Positions 9,104 through 18,152 of a stretch of DNA of 61,188 bases are shown here, piece after piece (the stretch's first letter is position 1; each line of letters begins with the position of its first letter). A model generated the notes under the pieces. The model had not been told where the DNA came from. It worked only from the letters and a program-made list of their open reading frames with translations, and searched no databases. The DNA comes from Clostridia bacterium. GTDB lineage: Bacteria > Bacillota > Clostridia > UMGS1883. A program made the translations under genes and the position numbers. The stretch lies in NCBI GenBank assembly GCA_045660765.1, contig JAZREK010000067.1, forward strand, positions 1-61,188. Reading direction: 5' to 3'.

Positions 9104-10063
9104 TTAACTCCATACATCACGACAATCTTTTCCGTTTATAAATGTTTCTATGTTTTCAGCCGTCATTGAAACACATCTTTTTCTTGCCTCGACGCTTGCC
9201 CAAGCTATATGAGGCGAGTATAAAATCTTCTCGCTGTTTTTCACAGAAAGTATCGGAGCGTCTTTCTCGGGAGGTTCGACAGAATAAACATCAATAGCCG
9301 CACCTGCGATAAGACCGCCATCTATTGCATCTGCAAGGGCTTTTTCATCAACAATCGCCCCTCTGCCGACGTTTACAATAAAAGCATCTTTCTTCATCAT
9401 AGAAAGCTCTTTTTCGCCGATAAGACCCGTAGTTTTCTCGTTAAGAGGTGCATGAACCGTTATTATATCAGATTCACGAAGGAGCTTTTCAAGCGATACA
9501 TTTTCATACTTTTCTTCACGCACGACTCCGCTTATGCTTGAATAAAAAACATCAGCTCCAAAGGCAGACGCACAATCAGCAACTGCTCTGCCGATTGCAC
9601 CCATTCCTATGATGCCCCACTTTTTACCTGATATTTCAAAAAACTTTCTTCCGAGATGATTTGCTATTCCGCTTTCTGAATATGCACCGCTTTTTACGAA
9701 GTCATCGTAATAGCGAACATTTTCAATAAGGGCAAAAAGAAGAGTGAATGTATGCTGGCAGACACTTTCGGTACAATATCCGGGAACGTTTCTTACACGA
9801 ATGTTGTGTTCTCTGCAATATTCAATATCAATATTGTTAAAGCCAACTGCAAACACACATATGAGCTTTAAATTTTCTGCAATTGACAAAACATCACGCC
9901 CAAGTTGAACCTTGTTAGTTATTACTACATCTGCATCTTTTATACGCTGGGGAATTTCTTCTTTTTGGGTGGAATGATACAAAACACAATCGCCAAGACG
10001 TTCTATGGAAGAATACTCCATATCCTCGCCCATTGTGCCGGTATCAAGTATAACGATTTTCAT
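9104..10063 (-). CDS. D-2-hydroxyacid dehydrogenase (glycerate dehydrogenase-like)
   Basis: GIIGMGAIG, VNVGRG and PHIAW motifs. Confidence 0.9.
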   Translation of the reverse strand: MKIVILDTGTMGEDMEYSSIERLGDCVLYHSTQKEEIPQRIKDADVVITNKVQLGRDVLSIAENLKLICVFAVGFNNIDIEYCREHNIRVRNVPGYCTESVCQHTFTLLFALIENVRYYDDFVKSGAYSESGIANHLGRKFFEISGKKWGIIGMGAIGRAVADCASAFGADVFYSSISGVVREEKYENVSLEKLLRESDIITVHAPLNEKTTGLIGEKELSMMKKDAFIVNVGRGAIVDEKALADAIDGGLIAGAAIDVYSVEPPEKDAPILSVKNSEKILYSPHIAWASVEARKRCVSMTAENIETFINGKDCRDVWS

Positions 10064-10932
10064 CAGTTTTCCTCCAGTTTTTTGAGTTCTTTAAGGTCTT
10101 CTGAATTCTCGTTTTGTCTATTGTTTTTAAGAATCTTTATATCTTTGAAGCTGAATTCCTCAACACTTGCTTCACCTTCGCCGTCAAGCTTTACTTTAGC
10201 AATTCCCTTAAGTATTGTTGCACTCTGAACGATACCTTTTCCATGAGGAGTTGATACTACTGCACCAACAGAGGGAGCAATTTTAGAAAATTCGTCGTAG
10301 CAATTCTGCTCATATTTAAGACAGCACATAAGTCTCCCACAGTTGCCGGAGATTTTTGTAGGATTAAGTGAAAGCCCCTGTTCCTTCGCCATTTTTATAG
10401 ATACGGGATGGAATCCGTCAAGATAAGTGCTGCAACAAAGGCCTCTTCCACAGATGCCGATACCGCCAAGCATTTTTGCTTCGTCGCGGATTCCAATCTG
10501 GCGAAGTTCAATTCTTGTTCTGAAAACAGATGCAAGATCCTTTACAAGCTCGCGGAAATCGACTCTTCCTTCTGCAGTAAAGTAGAAAAGAACCTTGTTC
10601 GAGTCAAAAGTATACTCTACATCAACAAGCTTCATTTCAAGCTTATGCGCGGCAATCTTTTCCTCGCAGATTGCAAAAGCTTCCTTTTCCTTTTTCTTGT
10701 TTTTTTCAACCTGTTCTTTATCAGCACTTGTAGCGATACGAACAACCTCCTTAAGAGGAGATACTATTTCGCTGTCCTCTACTTCACGCACAGAAATTGA
10801 AACAGTTCCGTATTCAAGTCCTCGTGAGGTTTCAACTATTACTGCGTCACCGAGTTTAGGTTCTACTTCTCCCGGCGCAAAATAATAAGCCTTACCAAGT
10901 TCTTTAAATTTAACTCCTACTACCTTTACCAT
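10063..10932 (-). CDS. ricT: PSP1-domain protein RicT/YaaT
   Basis: RVDFRELVKDLA, CGRGLCC and KISGNCGRLMCCLKYE; directly downstream of holB. Confidence 0.93.
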   Translation of the reverse strand: MVKVVGVKFKELGKAYYFAPGEVEPKLGDAVIVETSRGLEYGTVSISVREVEDSEIVSPLKEVVRIATSADKEQVEKNKKKEKEAFAICEEKIAAHKLEMKLVDVEYTFDSNKVLFYFTAEGRVDFRELVKDLASVFRTRIELRQIGIRDEAKMLGGIGICGRGLCCSTYLDGFHPVSIKMAKEQGLSLNPTKISGNCGRLMCCLKYEQNCYDEFSKIAPSVGAVVSTPHGKGIVQSATILKGIAKVKLDGEGEASVEEFSFKDIKILKNNRQNENSEDLKELKKLEEN

Positions 10933-11911
10933 GGATATCCTCCCAACAATTTATCAGCATATTTGTAATCCAAAGCTCATAATTCATAGATTTATTGAGC
11001 CCACTACGTGTAAATGCCGCTCTTTCTATTATACTAATTACAGACGACAACGTAACTTTTGAAGCAAACGCTTCAATAAGCGCCATCTCATCCTGATTTA
11101 TGACGCGACCACCAACCTTGATTGCCATAGCGTCGCGCATGAAACTTGTGAATAAGTCAAAATACAAATCACAGTTAGCATAGCTACCCTTGGTTTTTAC
11201 TCCAAAAAGCTCTGCTATTTTAATAACTGAAAGCCTGTCGTCTGCAAGTCTGCTTACGGCACCAAACAGTTTTTTTCTTGTTTCAAAAAACTCCTCATCC
11301 TCGCAGATTGACATCGCCCTTCCGATAACGCCCCCGCTGTAAAGGGAAATAAAGGGGATAATGTCTTTCTTCAGCGGATACTGGCGGAGCATATATTCTC
11401 CAATTTCCTTTTCGGAAAAAGGCTCGAAAACAACCTTTGTTCCGCGTGAACGTATTGTCTGCAGAAGGTTCTTTTCATTTTCCGAAAGAAGTATTATTAC
11501 GGCATATGATGGCGGTTCTTCAAACGATTTTAAAAGTGCGTTCTGTGCACCGTCATTCATATTGTCTGCATTGCGTATTATACAAATCTTCTTTTCCGAA
11601 AGAGCAGGTCTTATATAAAGTTCTTCATTCATTTCACGGATATCATCAACCGTTATGGTGTCTTCTCCGCCGATTATAATAAGGTCGCTGTGGGTCATAG
11701 CAGAGTGTTTTTTGCAGTCGGGACACTCACCACAGGGTTTTACTTCTCCCGTACAGTGAATTGTGTTTGCAAAAATTCGTGCCGCGGTATACTTTCCTAC
11801 GCCCTTTACACCCTCGAATATATACGCCTGCGAAAAGCTTCTTCTTCGCGCACTTGTTATAAGCGTCTGAAACGCCTTTTGAGTTGTAAGGTAATTAGCC
11901 AATTCCCTCAT
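10910..11911 (-). CDS. holB: DNA polymerase III subunit delta'
   Basis: GVKGVGK, CGECPDC zinc motif, QNALLKSFEEP and TIRSR. Confidence 0.9.
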   Translation of the reverse strand: MRELANYLTTQKAFQTLITSARRRSFSQAYIFEGVKGVGKYTAARIFANTIHCTGEVKPCGECPDCKKHSAMTHSDLIIIGGEDTITVDDIREMNEELYIRPALSEKKICIIRNADNMNDGAQNALLKSFEEPPSYAVIILLSENEKNLLQTIRSRGTKVVFEPFSEKEIGEYMLRQYPLKKDIIPFISLYSGGVIGRAMSICEDEEFFETRKKLFGAVSRLADDRLSVIKIAELFGVKTKGSYANCDLYFDLFTSFMRDAMAIKVGGRVINQDEMALIEAFASKVTLSSVISIIERAAFTRSGLNKSMNYELWITNMLINCWEDIHGKGSRS

Positions 11912-11946
11912 CCTTCGGTGTTAAGCACACGTATAGCCTCGTGTAC

Positions 11947-13953
11947 TTAAAAATATTTTTTCTGAAGATGTTTTGCAATTCTTATTATTACAGCATTTAT
12001 TACGAGCGCAAACACACCTGCTACCAACGCTATTATAAGTCCGTTTATCACTCTGCTGTAGATAATCTGCACGCCTGTAAATACGTGACAGAAACTATTT
12101 ATTACTGATGCAAAAAGTATGGAGCTTCCCGTTGCAAAAATCCATGTAAACAACGGAACTCGTACATTTTTCAAATAGTAAACAAACAACATAAGACAAG
12201 GCCATCCTACCAAAAATTCTTTTGTACGAGGACGTGCTGTCATAAATTCAGTGATAGTATTTCGCATTAAAGATTCTGCAGAAGAAATGCTTGAAACGTT
12301 TCCGCTACGGATAAGGTATATTGCTACTATTCCGCCCATTACTGCGGCAAGTATCATCCAGTATACCTTTATTTCCATCTGGAGAATCTGGATTGTTTTT
12401 TTAACATAGTTATTATTCTTTTCAGTAAACATGATTCCATATGCTATGGCCGCATATATAACCGGCAAAACAAGCGAAATTTTAATTCCCTTAAAAATAA
12501 GCGAATTTATATAGTAGTCAAGACCTGAAAGAAGAGCTGACTGAACTAATCCGCTAAGAGCCAGAGTCACAAGCGAAATAAGCATCGTTGTTATAAGAAG
12601 CATAACAAAGGAAAGCTTCTCCTTCATTACCTTGGCATATGCCATTACCACGGTAATTGCAAAGCAAGGTGCTACTGCTGCAAAAAGCGAGGGATAAAGA
12701 TAAACTATTCCTTCAGGAGCTTTAAGCGAGAAAAGAATACTGAAAAGTGCTCCTGCACATGCTACTATCTCGAGTTTCTTAAATCGCTGTCCGAAAAGAA
12801 GTTCAAGGAGTGTTAATCCCATACAAATCATAAGAAGCATTGCAATGGCAGATATGGCGCGTCTGTTCACGCTATAGTCAAATACCGTATTGTATTCGCC
12901 GGTGTTATAACCAATTTGCGAAAGCTTGTCTATCGCCATTTTAGTTGCCATATTTGTTTTGTCGCTTTTATCTTTAAATGTTGTTGTAGTGCTTACAAAC
13001 TGATTTATAACAACAAATCTAATGTTTCTGTCTATAACAGAATTTGTGATTTGGTGGTATCTTGTTTCCACAAGATTTTCCGCACCCCAGTCTACAGTTT
13101 CATAGCTTCTGAGGATTTTACCGCCTGCCGCACTTGTAAGCTGGTCATAACCGATAGGCTTCTGATTTGAAAGCTGATCCTGGTTTTCGGTAACTATAAG
13201 ATATAGCCCTTTTTCTTTTATAAGATTACATATAGCTTCATAATTGTGTTTTGCAGAGGCTGACTTATCCTCGTTGTTATAATTCTCTTTAAGGTTTATA
13301 TATTTTACGTTGTATGTGTCGATGATTTTTTCGATATGTGAAACATATTCTGTGTTAGAAAAGCTTCCGAGCATCATCGAAATAACAACATCAAATCCAT
13401 TGTCATAAGCGTACTTTAACTTTCTTTCGTCAAAACCTGTTGTTACCTTCCACGCATCACTTACACCCTCATAAAGCACATATACATCTGCACCTTCGGG
13501 AGTTTCTTTTTTTATAAATTCATCCGCTGTAAATTTAGACGGAATCCATTTTGCAAGGTAATTTTTGGATTCAGGACGCTTGGTAATAAGAACATAACTG
13601 TCGTTATGGATTTTACTGTCACCTGAAAGTTGTTTTATAATAGCTTCGCTTTCGTCGTCATATTTGTGACAAAGAACATTGTATTTAATACCTGTCACAA
13701 AGCCTTCGTTTATAAGCGAATTGATGCTCTCTTCCGAAACAAAGAGTGTTTTTACTCCCATTTCCTTATTTTCGTCCAATGTTTTTTTGAATTCATCGGC
13801 GCTGAGAACCATTTCTGAATTGTTGTAGTTAAGTGCAAAGATGACATCGTTATTTTCTTTTTCATTCTTCACACGCTGGGAAAATGCCGGTACCAGCATT
13901 GCCACAAGGATAAGCATTATTAATATGCGGATTATTATATTCTTCTTACTCAT
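11947..13953 (-). CDS. DUF5693-like membrane protein (large extracellular domain + multi-TM C-terminus)
   Basis: N-terminal anchor; DRNIR, FKGIK, YLIRSGN, RPRTKEFLVGWP and NSFCH motifs recalled as typical of DUF5693. Confidence 0.7.
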   Translation of the reverse strand: MSKKNIIIRILIMLILVAMLVPAFSQRVKNEKENNDVIFALNYNNSEMVLSADEFKKTLDENKEMGVKTLFVSEESINSLINEGFVTGIKYNVLCHKYDDESEAIIKQLSGDSKIHNDSYVLITKRPESKNYLAKWIPSKFTADEFIKKETPEGADVYVLYEGVSDAWKVTTGFDERKLKYAYDNGFDVVISMMLGSFSNTEYVSHIEKIIDTYNVKYINLKENYNNEDKSASAKHNYEAICNLIKEKGLYLIVTENQDQLSNQKPIGYDQLTSAAGGKILRSYETVDWGAENLVETRYHQITNSVIDRNIRFVVINQFVSTTTTFKDKSDKTNMATKMAIDKLSQIGYNTGEYNTVFDYSVNRRAISAIAMLLMICMGLTLLELLFGQRFKKLEIVACAGALFSILFSLKAPEGIVYLYPSLFAAVAPCFAITVVMAYAKVMKEKLSFVMLLITTMLISLVTLALSGLVQSALLSGLDYYINSLIFKGIKISLVLPVIYAAIAYGIMFTEKNNNYVKKTIQILQMEIKVYWMILAAVMGGIVAIYLIRSGNVSSISSAESLMRNTITEFMTARPRTKEFLVGWPCLMLFVYYLKNVRVPLFTWIFATGSSILFASVINSFCHVFTGVQIIYSRVINGLIIALVAGVFALVINAVIIRIAKHLQKKYF

Positions 13954-15448
13954 TTTCTACCTCCTGTGCGTTTTTTCCCTTAAGAATTATTTTTACGATA
14001 CCTGTCTTCCAAAGTGCTCCGCAATAGATAAGTCCGCAAAGCACAAGCGGAAGAAGGAACATTATTTTATCGTTTGCAACATTCGGAACCGCCACCTTGA
14101 AAGCAAAAAACACAATCAAGGCAAATATTCCTGATATTATGATTTTAGAAACATTTTTCAAAAATGCTTTATCCATATAATTTCCGGTAACCTTCTTTAT
14201 TGCAAGTGCAATATTTACCGCGTAAAGTGTAAAGAGAACTGTAGTAGTTGATGCGATTGCAACAACTCCGTATGGTGCTATAAAAAAGTTTACTATCGGT
14301 TTTGTCAGAAGCACCAGAATAGTTCCTATAACCGTGTATGAATAGCGATTGTCAAGATAAAGAATCTTGTTGAAAAGCTCCTGACACACATAACCAAACG
14401 CTCCAAGGGTATATATTGCAAAAAGAATACCCGTTGTTTTGGCAAGTTCCGCTGTAAATTCGCCACGCTCGTAAAGAAGCGAAATAACATTTGTACCGAA
14501 GCAACTTGTTACCAGAATAAAGGGAACAAAGATTGAAAGCATAATGATTATCATATTCTGCAACAACCTTTTAACGTAGTCTATATTTCCTTCTTCGTAA
14601 TTTTTACTGATAGACGGGAAAACTACGTTACTCATAGCAACAACAAACACGCTTGCGATTGTAATGAAAAGGTTTGACGCATAATTGATAGTCGAAGCAA
14701 CACCACTTTCCCCACTTACGAACGCTTTATCAATCATAAACGAAACCTGAAACATCATATTCGAGATAAATATCCAGAGAATTTCGCTGTTTTTACCGCT
14801 TTTCTTTTTGCTCTTTTCACCCTTTACAATAAATCTGTAACCTTTTTTGTAAAAGGACGGAAGCTGTATCACGATATGAAGGAACCAACCGATTGTCGTT
14901 ACAATACCGACTGTTACTATGTCGATATTCGGAACAAAAAGCGAAGCTATAATAACGACATTGAACGGAAGGCTCATTATCGAGCTGATAAAAAACACCT
15001 TGTTGTTCTGAAGTACCCCCGAAATGATATATGCAATAAGCACAAACCAAAGCGACGGGAGCATTATATACATAAGTTTTACCGCAAGGTCAAAGTCTGC
15101 ACCTTCTACACCGGGAAGAAGAATTTTTACAATCGGCCCTGAAAGAATGTACAAACAGACAGTGGCAATAAGTGTTACCAGAGTTGTCTTTCCGACAAAA
15201 GATGATACGTATGCACGTTTTTGCTCTTCCTTGTTATTTTCCTCTTTGTTGAGGTTTTTAATAACGAGCGTTGAAAGAGCGACACCAATACCCGTAAAAA
15301 TGAGGTTAACCAATCCGAAAACCTGAAAATATATATCTGTATATACACTTGCACCGAAAACTGATGCAAATACAATATCACGGAAAAAGCCTATTCCCTT
15401 GGCTAAAAATATTCCCATTACAACCATGATGTAAGCCATGGAGTTCAT
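13946..15448 (-). CDS. murJ: MurJ/MviN-family lipid-linked precursor flippase
   Basis: AKGIGFFRDIVFASVFG and LLYERGEF motifs, about 14 TM segments; start reassigned to ATG 15448 (RBS AAGGAGG). Confidence 0.8.
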   Translation of the reverse strand: MNSMAYIMVVMGIFLAKGIGFFRDIVFASVFGASVYTDIYFQVFGLVNLIFTGIGVALSTLVIKNLNKEENNKEEQKRAYVSSFVGKTTLVTLIATVCLYILSGPIVKILLPGVEGADFDLAVKLMYIMLPSLWFVLIAYIISGVLQNNKVFFISSIMSLPFNVVIIASLFVPNIDIVTVGIVTTIGWFLHIVIQLPSFYKKGYRFIVKGEKSKKKSGKNSEILWIFISNMMFQVSFMIDKAFVSGESGVASTINYASNLFITIASVFVVAMSNVVFPSISKNYEEGNIDYVKRLLQNMIIIMLSIFVPFILVTSCFGTNVISLLYERGEFTAELAKTTGILFAIYTLGAFGYVCQELFNKILYLDNRYSYTVIGTILVLLTKPIVNFFIAPYGVVAIASTTTVLFTLYAVNIALAIKKVTGNYMDKAFLKNVSKIIISGIFALIVFFAFKVAVPNVANDKIMFLLPLVLCGLIYCGALWKTGIVKIILKGKNAQEVENE

Positions 15449-15602
15449 CGGGCAAACCTCCTTTTTTATGCACATAATCATACATAATATATTATATACT
15501 ATAATGATATAATAGTCAAGTTTTAGCCGTTTGTTTGATGCTTGATAATTTTGCTTTTTAGTGGTACAATTAAAGACAAGTAATCAGGCAGGAGGTGATT
15601 TT

Positions 15603-16790
15603 TTGGACAGAGTAATACTGCATTCTGACTGCAACTCGTTTTTCGCGTCTGTTGAGTGTGCATTAAACCCCTCGCTTGCCGATGTTCCCATGGCTGTCGG
15701 CGGAAGCGTAGAGGCAAGACACGGAATAATTTTAGCCAAAAACGAGATTGCGAAAGAATATAATATCCAGACTGCAGAAACAATATATTCTGCCAAAAAG
15801 AAGTGCCCCGAGCTTGTTATTGTTCCTCCTCATCACGACCTGTATGAAAAGTACAGCGAGAGGGTTAATAAAATTTACTTGGAATACACCGATATGGTCG
15901 AGAAATTCGGTATTGATGAAAGCTGGCTTGACGTTACGGGTTCGCAAAGGCTTTTCGGAAACGGAGAAGAAATTGCAAATACTATCCGCAAAAGAGTAAA
16001 AGAGGAAATCGGCATCACTATTTCAGTTGGTGTATCGTTTAACAAGGTTTTTGCAAAGCTTGGCAGTGACTACAAAAAGCCCGATGCGACAACCGTGATT
16101 TCAAAAGAAAATTTCAAGGATATTGTCTATCCCTTGCCTGTCGGAGACCTGCTTTTCGTCGGCAGAAAGACAAGAGAAGTGCTTTCAAGACTTAATATAA
16201 AAACGATTGGCGACCTTGCCCAGAGCGATGTAGAAAGACTTAATAAACTACTGGGAAAGCAAGGCGAAATGATATACCGCTATGCACGCGGAGAGGATAA
16301 TTCCCCCGTTGACCCACATTCGCACGACGAGGTAAAATCCGTCGGTAACGGGATGACTTTTAAGCGTGATTTGCGAGGGGAAAAAGACATTCTGTGCGGA
16401 ATTGCACACCTTAGCGAAAGCATCGCCGTAAGGATGCGCAGAAAAGGTGTAAAATGCACCGTCGTTCAGGTAACGATTAAAGACCCCGACCTGATTTCCA
16501 TTCAACGTCAGGAAAAGCTGTCTTCCCCTACCAATCTTGCAAAAGACATTACCGAAAAGGCAATGGAAATTATAAAGCGAAGCTGGAATATGAATAAGCC
16601 AATCCGTATGCTGACGGTAACGGGAAATGGGATCATTCCTGAAGATAGTGCACAGCAGATAAGTTTTTTTGACGAAGAAAAAAATCCCAAGCAGGAAAAC
16701 CTTGAAAAAACACTTGATAAAATCCGTGAAAAATACGGCAAAGATTCCGTTGTCAGCGCAAATGTAATAAATAATGATTTAGGAATATAA
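15603..16790 (+). CDS. dinB: DNA polymerase IV (Y family)
   Basis: ILHSDCNSFFASVE, GIDESWLD and AKLGSDYKKPD; TTG start after GGAGGTG. Confidence 0.93.
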   Translation: MDRVILHSDCNSFFASVECALNPSLADVPMAVGGSVEARHGIILAKNEIAKEYNIQTAETIYSAKKKCPELVIVPPHHDLYEKYSERVNKIYLEYTDMVEKFGIDESWLDVTGSQRLFGNGEEIANTIRKRVKEEIGITISVGVSFNKVFAKLGSDYKKPDATTVISKENFKDIVYPLPVGDLLFVGRKTREVLSRLNIKTIGDLAQSDVERLNKLLGKQGEMIYRYARGEDNSPVDPHSHDEVKSVGNGMTFKRDLRGEKDILCGIAHLSESIAVRMRRKGVKCTVVQVTIKDPDLISIQRQEKLSSPTNLAKDITEKAMEIIKRSWNMNKPIRMLTVTGNGIIPEDSAQQISFFDEEKNPKQENLEKTLDKIREKYGKDSVVSANVINNDLGI

Positions 16791-16830
16791 AAAATGGACT
16801 GTAAAAAATGTTTTTTACAGTCCATTTTTT
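16789..16830 (+). terminator. Intrinsic terminator after dinB
   Basis: AAAAATGGACTGTAAAAAA-TG-TTTTTTACAGTCCATTTTTT. Confidence 0.8.
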
Positions 16831-17079
16831 GTGGGGATAGGAAAAAATGTTCCAGAACGGACAAACTGAGCCAAAGCGTATGCTTTGGGCTACCCGACGG
16901 CGTATACAGATACGCCGAGAGGCGAAGTCTGTTCGTAACAAAAAGGCTTGAAATCCAAGGAAAATTGAATAAAATGAAATTTTTCAACCGAAATACAGAA
17001 TTTTAAGATTTACACGTTATCTGCATTCTGTATTATTCTTGCCTTTTTGTGTTCTGGACTTTTTTTACATCCCCTTTTG

Positions 17080-18150
17080 TTATTTAGTTTCAAATATCAT
17101 AGTTCCACGTGCGATGCCCCATTGATGATCGGGCATATAATAGCGGAAACTTATACCAAGCAGGTCCATACCTGTTTTCCAATCTATCGGCATATACACA
17201 ACATTTTTGTAGTGCAAAAGAGGATAGTAACTGTCCCCGTATTCAAAAAGTTGTCCGTTAATAGTCAGCTTGCCGTGATAGGAATACGCAGTATCATACA
17301 CTCTTTCTTCCATTGAGTTTTCGCCCGTTATATCTTCGAAAATTTCTCCGCCACCAGTAAGAACAACGCCTGTTTCTTCGCTCCAGTCACAGTTTATACC
17401 AAGCATTCTGCAACCGTTGTATGTAAGAGGCAGATAAGTCATTCCGCGGTAATTTATAAAGGGATGCTCAAGAGTGTCATTTTCGTAAAATCTTCCGTTT
17501 ATTTCAACATTGTTTTCGCTGAGAAGAACATCATACTCGCCTTCGACATAATTTTCTTCGTAGCGATGATACTTGTACTTGAAATCTTGTATCAGATTGC
17601 CTTCTTTATCAATATATCCACTCTTCGTACGAGGAGTACGGTTGTAATCGTATTCTGTAATTCCTACACGCGCCAGCCCGTTTTCAAAGGAATCTCCCGA
17701 GCCGTAAATATGGGGGATTACCGTGTTTCCGTCTCTGTCGATATATCCTATCGCCCAGTTTTCGTCCGCTACTACGGCAAGACCTTCCGCAAAGTCCTTT
17801 GCAGAACGATACTTTGCCTCAATCACCACATTCCAGTTTTCGTCAAAGTAGCCGTAACGACCGCCAAGCTCGAACAGCGCTCTTCCGTCTATTGGGGGTT
17901 TTATCCAGTCATATTTCTGCTCGACGATAATTTGTCCGTTCTTATCGGTTACGCCGTAGCCATCGTGAATATATGTAGGCCCGCCTGCACCGGGAGAAGG
18001 AACCTGACGGCGGTTGCATACAATGTTTACATTTTCAAGTTCTTTTACTATATGAAACTCCCAATCGAGTGTTTCTGCAACGGCAAACACCTGTAAAAAC
18101 AGCATCATTACGATTAAGATTGCGGTGATTTTATAAAGCCGTTTTCTCAT
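17080..18150 (-). CDS. Secreted WG-repeat protein
   Basis: Signal peptide; repeats YGYFDENWNVVI, FAEGLAVV, GYIDRDGNTVIP and FENGLARV. Confidence 0.8.
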   Translation of the reverse strand: MRKRLYKITAILIVMMLFLQVFAVAETLDWEFHIVKELENVNIVCNRRQVPSPGAGGPTYIHDGYGVTDKNGQIIVEQKYDWIKPPIDGRALFELGGRYGYFDENWNVVIEAKYRSAKDFAEGLAVVADENWAIGYIDRDGNTVIPHIYGSGDSFENGLARVGITEYDYNRTPRTKSGYIDKEGNLIQDFKYKYHRYEENYVEGEYDVLLSENNVEINGRFYENDTLEHPFINYRGMTYLPLTYNGCRMLGINCDWSEETGVVLTGGGEIFEDITGENSMEERVYDTAYSYHGKLTINGQLFEYGDSYYPLLHYKNVVYMPIDWKTGMDLLGISFRYYMPDHQWGIARGTMIFETK

Positions 18151-18152
18151 GG

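Noticed and set aside
16794-17006. 70-aa ORF after dinB
   Set aside because: Starts inside the terminator hairpin, has no RBS and spans a structured repeat-like region.
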